DNA of 64,000 nucleotides, taken from contig JBBSQY010000011.1 of NCBI GenBank assembly GCA_038243585.1, positions 1 through 64,000 on the forward strand, given 5' to 3'. Shown here one piece after another: positions 56,834 to 64,000 of the stretch (position 1 is its first letter; each line of letters starts with the position of its first letter). The notes below the pieces were generated by a model. The model worked only from the letters and a program-made list of their open reading frames with translations. It searched no databases and was not told the DNA's origin. Origin of the DNA: Candidatus Sumerlaeales bacterium. GTDB taxonomy: Bacteria > Sumerlaeota > Sumerlaeia > Sumerlaeales > Sumerlaeaceae. A program made the translations under genes and the position numbers.

Positions 56834-58657
56834 TTGTTTTTATCCAGATACAAGCTGCACCGTCTCATAGTAGTTACGACACTGGCAGTATTATCGGTTG
56901 CGCCTATTTCGGCTCAACTCCTCGATGAGGCGGTTTGGTTTCAGCGGCCTGTGGGGCAGGGAGTTTATTGGAAATACTATCATTTCAAAAACCTGTTTGG
57001 CTCCAGACAAAGCGTTTCCTACATTGAAGTCGACCTTTCCACCCCTAACGTGAATCTTGCAATAAATTACAGAGACAGCTATGTCGGCCCCAGCCCTGGC
57101 ACAGGAAGCCCTTTATATCCCCGGGCGCCGACAAGCACTTTGGCACAGGGCATTCCTGGTTCAAAAGCGGCGATCAATGGGACCTATTTCAATACAGCAT
57201 CATATGATTCGACCAACCCGACGGTCCCATGGGGCGGTGGAACAACTTATCTGAAAGTAGATGGTTCAACTATACACAATTTTGATGGTACCAGCGTAAA
57301 CCGGTATCTCATGGGAATCCTGTTTAACAGTAAAGACGATGTTACTGTATTCAAGAGGTCTGGTGCCTGGGCCAATCGTAGTGGTTCGTGGAATAACATG
57401 ATGATTAGTGGACCCATCCTGGTTAACAACGGCTCCATAGAAACTTATGCCGGGGACAACACTCATGCCAATGCTCGACATCCGCGTTCTGCAGTGGGCA
57501 AAACCGCCGTCGGCAACAAACTGATAATGCTTACGGTGGACGGCCGAACGGCTGAGTCGGCTGGGATGTCATGCACGGAGCTGGCGCAGGTGATGAAGGC
57601 ATTGGGCTGCAATTACGCGGTGAATCTGGATGGCGGCGGATCAACGACATTGTGGGCGACGGGCGAGCCTTTTAGCGGTGTAGTAAACTATCCTTCCGAC
57701 AACGGCGAGTTCGATCACCTCGGACAACGGTTCTGCGCGAATGCACTCGTGGTTACATCGACAGCTCCGGTCAAGCCGGCGTATGATGCGCGTTTGACAG
57801 GGCTGACCTACGATTCACTGACGCGCAGTCAGGATGTTGTTACCGTGACGGCCAGCTACACGAACATTGGCAGCGCCACATGGACTTCGTCTAACGTGGA
57901 CGTGGTGCCAAGCCGGAATTTTGGACGTAGCAGCGCGTTCATTCCCGCCGGCAGCGAAAACAATTTTGATGTAATGACGCCTTCAAGCGTGGCGCCGGGC
58001 CAGACGGCAACCTTTAAGTTGAATCTGAAAGCCCCGGTGGTGGCGGCCAACCGCAGCTATGAGGAAAACTTCGCCTTGTGGAACTCATCCACCGGTTATT
58101 TCGGACCTGCGGATGGAGAACTGAAAGTGCAGACGACGGTGCGTCCGGCGATTACTGGCGCGCCACCGTTGCTGGTGGTGCAGGGAACCAGTGACGGACC
58201 AAATAATCAATGGTATCTGGAAGGTCTGGGAAACTGGGGAAACTCGAGTGTGGGCTTCAGTGCGCCGGGAGTTGCGAACTCCGGCACGCAGCGCTATGTG
58301 TCGGCTACGGTAACAGGACAGCACGCTGACTTCAGGCCGATTTTCGAAGTTCGGGGTGTGTATCGAGTAGACGTGGCCTTCCCTGCCAGCAGCAGCAATA
58401 TTAATCCTGTTCACTACACGGTGAATCATCTGAACGGCTCTCAAACAGCCACTGTAAATCAGAACAACAGCGACCTTGCCAATAAGTGGCAACTGCTTGG
58501 AGAGTTTCCTTTTGGAACGGATTCTATCGCCAACCTTGGGGTCCACTCGGTTCGAGTAAGTAACAACACATCCACAGGCAATCGCTTCTACTCAGGGGCC
58601 ATACGGCTTGACTATGTTGGCCCCCTGGCAGACGTTACCGACTGGGCTCTATATTAA
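56834..58657 (+). CDS. Secreted phosphodiester glycosidase (NAGPA) family protein with Ig-like and golvesin-like domains and a C-terminal W-x-L-Y tail
   Basis: AINGTYF, GP.LV, HPRSAVG, VDGR..S.G, NLDGGGST; N.G..TW / VAPGQ.ATF Ig-like segment; ends DYVGPLADVTDWALY. Confidence 0.9.
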   Translation: MFLSRYKLHRLIVVTTLAVLSVAPISAQLLDEAVWFQRPVGQGVYWKYYHFKNLFGSRQSVSYIEVDLSTPNVNLAINYRDSYVGPSPGTGSPLYPRAPTSTLAQGIPGSKAAINGTYFNTASYDSTNPTVPWGGGTTYLKVDGSTIHNFDGTSVNRYLMGILFNSKDDVTVFKRSGAWANRSGSWNNMMISGPILVNNGSIETYAGDNTHANARHPRSAVGKTAVGNKLIMLTVDGRTAESAGMSCTELAQVMKALGCNYAVNLDGGGSTTLWATGEPFSGVVNYPSDNGEFDHLGQRFCANALVVTSTAPVKPAYDARLTGLTYDSLTRSQDVVTVTASYTNIGSATWTSSNVDVVPSRNFGRSSAFIPAGSENNFDVMTPSSVAPGQTATFKLNLKAPVVAANRSYEENFALWNSSTGYFGPADGELKVQTTVRPAITGAPPLLVVQGTSDGPNNQWYLEGLGNWGNSSVGFSAPGVANSGTQRYVSATVTGQHADFRPIFEVRGVYRVDVAFPASSSNINPVHYTVNHLNGSQTATVNQNNSDLANKWQLLGEFPFGTDSIANLGVHSVRVSNNTSTGNRFYSGAIRLDYVGPLADVTDWALY

Positions 58658-58729
58658 GTTTCCACGGCAAACCTGAATGATGTAAATTGAAATAAGCGCG
58701 TTAAACCATGTCTGATAATACATAAAGTG

Positions 58730-58768
58730 AAGCCCGGAATGATCAGTTCATTCCGGGCTTTTTCTTTT
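58730..58768 (+). terminator. Intrinsic terminator
   Basis: aagcccggaatga-tcagt-tcattccgggctt followed by a T-tract. Confidence 0.88.
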
Positions 58769-58840
58769 GCTCTATTTGCACAAGCGAGACGCCTACGCTG
58801 CATCAATCCACGATAAGCTCTTGAACTGAGTAACGCCCGC

Positions 58841-60880
58841 TTACTTTGTGATGATCATCAGATGTCCGCCGGCGGGCCGGAGCTTTGCGATGATGGTATC
58901 GGAAGCAGTCGCGGGGGCTTTACTGATTTCAAGCTGCTCCATTTTGGCGTTTGGCACCATGTCATCCGCATAACTTTTCACAGTGAAGTTGCCAGGGCCA
59001 AGGAATTCAAGAGGTATGGCCAAGTCCCTGGCTTCGCCGTCGGTCATCGTAGCGACATACCAGGTGTCGCCGCTACGCCGGGCGATAGTTATGTGATCGC
59101 CCACGGCCCCATTCACCACTCGCGTTTCATCCCATGTGGTCGGAGTGTTAACCATAGCCTCCAGGCCCGGCTGTCCACGATAGGCGGCAGGATAATCCGA
59201 CGTCATAGGCAGATACCCCTCGTAGACGACGTAGCGGGCGAGTTCCCTCGCGCGGGTGCCCATCACCAGCGGAGCGACGTACCGCGGCTTATAATCCTCC
59301 GGCTTAACGTATCGGAACCCGCCGGAATGAAAATCCAGCGGACCGGCCAGCATCCGTGTGAAAGGGACAATCAGCTCATGTTCCGGCGAGCTACCCTTTT
59401 TGTCCCACTTGTTGAACTCCAGATTCAGCACCGCCTCGTAAGTCATGAGGTTGGGATAGGTCCGGTTGAGGCCGGTCGGCTTATAAGTATTGTGCAGGGT
59501 GATCGTCAGATGGTGTTTCGCCGCAAGGGCTACCGCTTCGTGGATGAAGTTGACAACGTCTTGATCATCTCTATCAAAGAAGTCCAGCATCACGCCTTCA
59601 ATCCCCCACTTTTCGTAAAGAGGAAAGGCCTTGTGCATATGCATTCGAGCCGCCTCCCAAGCCATCCACAGTCTCAGGCGCACACCTTTTTCTTTTGCAT
59701 AACTGAGCACCTGTGGCAGATCCAGCGCCGCCAGCGTTGTGGTGGTGATGTCAGCTCCTTTGTATGGGCGCAGCGGGCCGCCATACCAGGCAGAACCTTT
59801 CACCCCGTCAAGAGAGTGGTATTCGATGCCAGCTTCGGCACAAAAGTCGATGTAGTGCTTTGCGGTATCTGTGTTCAGACCGCCCTTAAAGCCGACGGCG
59901 TCGTCCAATTTGAATCCATTCCACCAGGGAAAGGTGGTTTTGCCGGGCTTGATCCAAGAGGTGTCGGCGATGACCGATGGCGGATTCAGGTTATTGACCA
60001 GGTTTGACTCGATGAGCCGCCCGGGTTGATCGCCAATCATAAATACACGCCAGGGGGTGTCGTGCGGAAGGGTAGATTCGACTTTGATTCCCTCGTGGCC
60101 AGGCAGTTCGGAAAGGATGCTGGAGAGCAGACCAGCGGTGCCTGTAGTTGGGGCAAGATACATTCCGGCGTAATCCTGAAGATGCGCCTCGGTGATAGCC
60201 ATGACTGTCTCGTCCGGATATTGAACGAGCAACGGTAGATAAAGCAGTTGCTCTGCGGACACAGCGTCAAGCGGACCGGGCTTGTAATACGACTCATAAG
60301 GGGATTTAAAATCAGGGGCCGGCAACGGATAAGCCACGGGATTATTTTCGATTTTAAATTCCGACTGTTCTTCCGCTACTATGAATCGGTCCAGGGCAGG
60401 CTGTTCCGGCACCCGATACCGGAAAGCGGCTCCGTCGTCGTAGGCTCGAAAGATTATATCGAGCTTTCGTTTAGCTCCGGCTGACTCTTCCAGCGAAATG
60501 ACCGCCTCGTTATAATGATCGCGGGCCGAGCTGGTTTTACCGGGAAAAACCTTATAGGTAGTATCGCTGGTGCGGTCTTCGATTCCGGTTATGTGCAAGG
60601 GGCCCAGCGGACCCGCCGGAGCCAGATCAAGCCCAAGGGCAGATTGGCCTACGAGGGTTTTGTCACGAAAGGATATGGTGTAGCAGGGCACAGAAGTCTG
60701 GTCGCCACGCGACGCCAGATCAAAGCGGATCTTAATCCGCTTATCGGGAGATTCAATGACTGCCGCGGCGTTAACGGCCGGAAGTTGTTGTGTTTCGCTC
60801 GCTGCAGTGTCCGCGTATGCAGCGCAAATCACAATGGATAGCATTGGAGCTAGTATCGCACAAACGCTTAGTTTTTGCAT
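58841..60880 (-). CDS. Glycoside hydrolase family 97, probably retaining subgroup
   Basis: RAYDDG.AFRY, TPWR, WIKPGK, YIDF, LDFFDRDDQ (Asp at the nucleophile position), PFTRMLAGP.D, PTTWDET. Confidence 0.93.
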   Translation of the reverse strand: MQKLSVCAILAPMLSIVICAAYADTAASETQQLPAVNAAAVIESPDKRIKIRFDLASRGDQTSVPCYTISFRDKTLVGQSALGLDLAPAGPLGPLHITGIEDRTSDTTYKVFPGKTSSARDHYNEAVISLEESAGAKRKLDIIFRAYDDGAAFRYRVPEQPALDRFIVAEEQSEFKIENNPVAYPLPAPDFKSPYESYYKPGPLDAVSAEQLLYLPLLVQYPDETVMAITEAHLQDYAGMYLAPTTGTAGLLSSILSELPGHEGIKVESTLPHDTPWRVFMIGDQPGRLIESNLVNNLNPPSVIADTSWIKPGKTTFPWWNGFKLDDAVGFKGGLNTDTAKHYIDFCAEAGIEYHSLDGVKGSAWYGGPLRPYKGADITTTTLAALDLPQVLSYAKEKGVRLRLWMAWEAARMHMHKAFPLYEKWGIEGVMLDFFDRDDQDVVNFIHEAVALAAKHHLTITLHNTYKPTGLNRTYPNLMTYEAVLNLEFNKWDKKGSSPEHELIVPFTRMLAGPLDFHSGGFRYVKPEDYKPRYVAPLVMGTRARELARYVVYEGYLPMTSDYPAAYRGQPGLEAMVNTPTTWDETRVVNGAVGDHITIARRSGDTWYVATMTDGEARDLAIPLEFLGPGNFTVKSYADDMVPNAKMEQLEISKAPATASDTIIAKLRPAGGHLMIITK

Positions 60881-61275
60881 AAGTTTTTTCCAGCATTATT
60901 TAGATTAAATACAATGGATGATATGCAAACCGGACCGTAGGTAAAGTCAAACTTATAAGCCAGCGGGCCAGCGGGCGGCAGCTGCGGAAACGGTTTAAAG
61001 CGAAGGGGCACTTAGTCGAAAGATGCCATTACACCTCTGAGGCGCCTATTCGAGAGTGGACATTTGACACCATTATGAAAAAATGAAAACGTCATAGCAG
61101 TGAAAATTTATTTTCGGCTGCAACCCCTTGCGTAAGGATGCGAGGGACACTGCTCACCGGATGTATTTTGTCGTTCAATAGAACAGCCGGAGCTTTATCG
61201 GTGTTACCTTCATCAGGCTGATGGATTGCTTCATCTATCGCACTTTTCGTGGCCGAATGTGGATTGTTCTTCTCG

Positions 61276-62268
61276 ATGACTGATTTTAAACTGGTAGATT
61301 CCTATGGTCGCCAGATGACCTACCTGCGACTCTCCGTCACAGATCAGTGCCAGTTTCGTTGCGTTTACTGCATGCCTCCGGAAGGAATTGCCATGCTTCC
61401 GCGTGCCGATTATATGACTGCCGGTGAAATGGAATTGTTCGTTCGAGCGGTCGCGGCTATGGGGGTATGGCGGCTGCGGCTTACAGGCGGTGAACCGCTG
61501 ATTCGGAAAGACATCGTCTCGCTTGTGGAACGGTTTTCGAAGATACCGGGCGTTGAAGACCTTTCGCTGACGACGAACGGCGAACGGTTGCCGGAACTGG
61601 TGGGTGATCTTAAACGGGCTGGCCTTCGCCGCCTGAACATCAGTCTGGACAGCATGAATCCGGAGCGCTTCAAGGAGCTGACGTTGTCCGGTTCTTTTGA
61701 CAAGGTTTGGAATGGAATCCATCAGAGCTTGGAAGCTGGACTTAAAGTAAAGATTAACGTCGTCGTGATGAACGGCATCACTGCGGAGGAAATTGACGAC
61801 TTCGCGCGGCTCGCTTTTGAGCAGCCTGTCGAGGTGCGGTTTATTGAGTTTATGCCGCTGTGCGGCACCGGCTGGCGTCCGGATTTGACCTTGCCTATTG
61901 ATGTGGTACGTTCCCAAATCGCCACGAACTACAACCTGGAGCCTCTCCCCCGCGGCAGCGAAGTGGCAGAAAGTTATCGCATGGTCGGCGGTAAAGGTGG
62001 CGTGGGATATATCGCGTCAATGACAGAGCCTTTTTGTTCAACCTGCTCCCGCATCCGCATCAGCGCCACCGGCCGAATACAGCTTTGTTTGTTTTCTAAT
62101 ATTACATATAACCTGCTGCCAGCGCTTCGCAAGGAAGCCTCTATTGAGGAGATACAGGCGGAGGTGCGCAAGGCGGTAATGAGCAAGCCGGAAAGCCACC
62201 CGTGGGTAGACGGCAAGAGCCAGGTAAAACCGGAAGAGACTGCCATGATAAGGACGATAGGTGGATAA
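61276..62268 (+). CDS. moaA: GTP 3',8-cyclase
   Basis: YLRLSVTD.CxxxCxxC, LTGGEP, FIEFMP, CxxC.R.R...C, C-terminal IGG. Confidence 0.97.
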   Translation: MTDFKLVDSYGRQMTYLRLSVTDQCQFRCVYCMPPEGIAMLPRADYMTAGEMELFVRAVAAMGVWRLRLTGGEPLIRKDIVSLVERFSKIPGVEDLSLTTNGERLPELVGDLKRAGLRRLNISLDSMNPERFKELTLSGSFDKVWNGIHQSLEAGLKVKINVVVMNGITAEEIDDFARLAFEQPVEVRFIEFMPLCGTGWRPDLTLPIDVVRSQIATNYNLEPLPRGSEVAESYRMVGGKGGVGYIASMTEPFCSTCSRIRISATGRIQLCLFSNITYNLLPALRKEASIEEIQAEVRKAVMSKPESHPWVDGKSQVKPEETAMIRTIGG

Positions 62269-62275
62269 GGGCGGC

Positions 62276-63181
62276 ATGCGCAATATTGCGCACAAAAACG
62301 ACACGCTGCGAATCGCCACCGCGCAAGCGGTTGTGCATATGCATGAATCAACCATTCAGCTTTTAAAAGATGGAAAGGCGCCGAAGGGTGATCCGCTTCC
62401 CCATGCGCGCATAGCAGCCATTATCGCTGCGAAGAAGACATCGGATCTGATCCCCTATTGTCATCCCCTGCTGATCGACTGTGTAACGGCTGACTTCGAG
62501 CTTGGCCATGATTCGGTCACTATAACTGTTACCGTGACAGCGGTGGCCAAGACAGGCGTGGAAATGGAAGCGCTGACCGGGGCATCGCTGGCGGCGTTGA
62601 CAATTTATGATATGTTGAAGCCAGTGGATAAAGACATGGAGATTCTGGGCTGCAAGCTGATCGACAAAAAAGGCGGCAAGTCAAGCTTTCCAGCGGGCGC
62701 GCCGGTGGGATTGAAAGTCGCGATTGTGGTGGTGTCTGATTCTACGGCGGCGGGAATTCGCATTGATAAGTCCGGCGCGCTGATTCGTGAGCGCCTCGCA
62801 TCCTATGGCGTTGAGGATCCGATAATGCAGACGCTGCCCGATGAACAAGGACAGATTTCCCAGGCTCTCATTGATCTCGAGGAGAATGGCTGCGATCTTG
62901 TGTTAACCACTGGTGGTACAGGGTTGGGACCGCGCGATGTTACCGCCGCAGCCACCAGGGATGTTATTGATAGAGAGGCGCCGGGCATTGCGGAGGCTAT
63001 GCGATCCTACGGCCAGCGCCGCATGCCGTTTGCGATGTTGTCGCAGGGCGTGGCGGGGCTGCGCGGAACAACGCTGATTATCAACCTGCCCGGGTCAACC
63101 GCAGGGGTGGACGAATCCATGACGGCGATCTTTCCAGCGGTTTTTCACGCCTTTCCGATAATGGAAGGAGGAGGGCATTAA
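62276..63181 (+). CDS. moaCB: Bifunctional MoaC/MoaB(MogA) molybdenum cofactor biosynthesis protein
   Basis: LIPYCHPL, TGVEMEALT, IYDM.K (MoaC), then VSD, TTGGTG.GPRDVT, NLPGS (MoaB/MogA). Confidence 0.95.
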   Translation: MRNIAHKNDTLRIATAQAVVHMHESTIQLLKDGKAPKGDPLPHARIAAIIAAKKTSDLIPYCHPLLIDCVTADFELGHDSVTITVTVTAVAKTGVEMEALTGASLAALTIYDMLKPVDKDMEILGCKLIDKKGGKSSFPAGAPVGLKVAIVVVSDSTAAGIRIDKSGALIRERLASYGVEDPIMQTLPDEQGQISQALIDLEENGCDLVLTTGGTGLGPRDVTAAATRDVIDREAPGIAEAMRSYGQRRMPFAMLSQGVAGLRGTTLIINLPGSTAGVDESMTAIFPAVFHAFPIMEGGGH

Positions 63182-63922
63182 ATGCTCGCGTTAATACCCC
63201 TGTTTTTTCTTACGGCCCTGGCGTATTCCATGGCGGGATTTGGTGGCGGATCCACCTACCTGGCGCTCCTTGTTCTTTTTGATCTGCCTCACGATTCAGT
63301 TAGAACAATCGCGTTAATGTGTAATGTAGCTGTGGTGACCTTCGGCACCTGGCATTTTGCCAGGGGCGGACATCTGAGACTGCAAAAGGTTCTGCCGTTC
63401 GTGGTAACGTCAATTCCCATGGCTTATTTGGGCGGCACGATCCAGATTAGTAAGACTCTATTTACATTCTTGCTTGGGATATCGCTGGCGGTGGCGGCGG
63501 CGCGAATGTTATGGGTGGGTAAAGCCATTGAGCCGACTACAACAGTGAAACCGCAAACTATATGGTTGGTCGGAGCCCCTTTGGGTGCGATGCTGGGATT
63601 TCTTGCGGGCATTGTGGGAATCGGCGGAGGGATTTACCTGGCTCCCGTGCTCCTTTTTCTGGGTTGGGCTAACGCCAAAGAAATGGCGGCCGCAGCAAGT
63701 TTTTTCATCCTTGTCAATTCACTGGCGGGCCTGGCCGGACAGGCAACACGAGGCATTAATTTTGAGATGAACCTTCTGCTTCCGCTCCTTGTCGCCGTGT
63801 TGATGGGAGGACAGATCGGAAGCAGGCTGGGCACTTATAAACTGCCGAAGCTTGCGATTCAGAAACTTTCGGGGGCTTTAATTCTGCTGGTGTCGGGCCG
63901 CCTGCTCTGGGCGCTGATATGA
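63182..63922 (+). CDS. Sulfite exporter TauE/SafE (TSUP) family protein
   Basis: G.GGGS.Y, GIVGIGGGI.L.P, FILVNS; multi-TM. Confidence 0.9.
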   Translation: MLALIPLFFLTALAYSMAGFGGGSTYLALLVLFDLPHDSVRTIALMCNVAVVTFGTWHFARGGHLRLQKVLPFVVTSIPMAYLGGTIQISKTLFTFLLGISLAVAAARMLWVGKAIEPTTTVKPQTIWLVGAPLGAMLGFLAGIVGIGGGIYLAPVLLFLGWANAKEMAAAASFFILVNSLAGLAGQATRGINFEMNLLLPLLVAVLMGGQIGSRLGTYKLPKLAIQKLSGALILLVSGRLLWALI

Positions 63923-64000
63923 TTGATGTGAAAGAAGCTCAACAGATCATCCTTTCAACCGTTCGCGTTCAGCCGGCTGAGGAATGCGGGCTGTCGGAAG
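63919..64000 (+). CDS. moeA: Probable molybdopterin molybdotransferase, 5' fragment running off the window
   Basis: ATGA overlap; MIDVKEAQQIILSTV...E.C.L resembles the MoeA N-terminus; moco operon context. Confidence 0.65.
   Translation, partial: MIDVKEAQQIILSTVRVQPAEECGLSE

Noticed and set aside
58862..60007. 381-aa plus-strand ORF
   Set aside because: Antisense shadow of the GH97 gene, explained by codon bias. The same applies to 29697-30488, 55948-56676, 61231-61917, 38953-39636 and similar ORFs.

Overview
This is a gene-dense bacterial chromosome window of about 55 CDS. It mixes housekeeping genes (rfbA, trpA, nadC, glnA, proB, prfA, maf, moaA/moaCB/moeA) with many secreted or envelope proteins. 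I found no rRNA, intact tRNA, CRISPR array, integrase or transposase. The pilin-like protein (FTLIELLIVVAIIAILAAIAVPNFLEAQTRAKVSR...YDPTNGT), the C-terminal W-x-[IL]-Y tails and the giant carboxypeptidase-regulatory-like repeat proteins suggest Candidatus Sumerlaeota (BRC1); this is inference from recalled family patterns, not a search. Most interesting signals: (1) two unrelated secreted proteins about 51 kb apart end in the same ungapped 15-residue tail (DFVGGVASISGWEIY / DYVGPLADVTDWALY), a candidate uncharacterised sorting or docking signal, and one is encoded directly behind a pilin-like gene; (2) an amidase-propeller-amidase module whose two amidase 5' leaders share a 21-nt hairpin with a compensatory base-pair change, a candidate cis-regulatory RNA; (3) a small DUF1328-like gene missing from the ORF track, with a near-consensus sigma54 promoter, beside a sigma54 activator, plus two more sigma54-like sites; (4) an internally deleted pcm gene; (5) a fused PhnC-PhnE ABC importer. 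All family calls come from by-eye motif recognition, and several start codons were re-assigned from RBS or overlap evidence.
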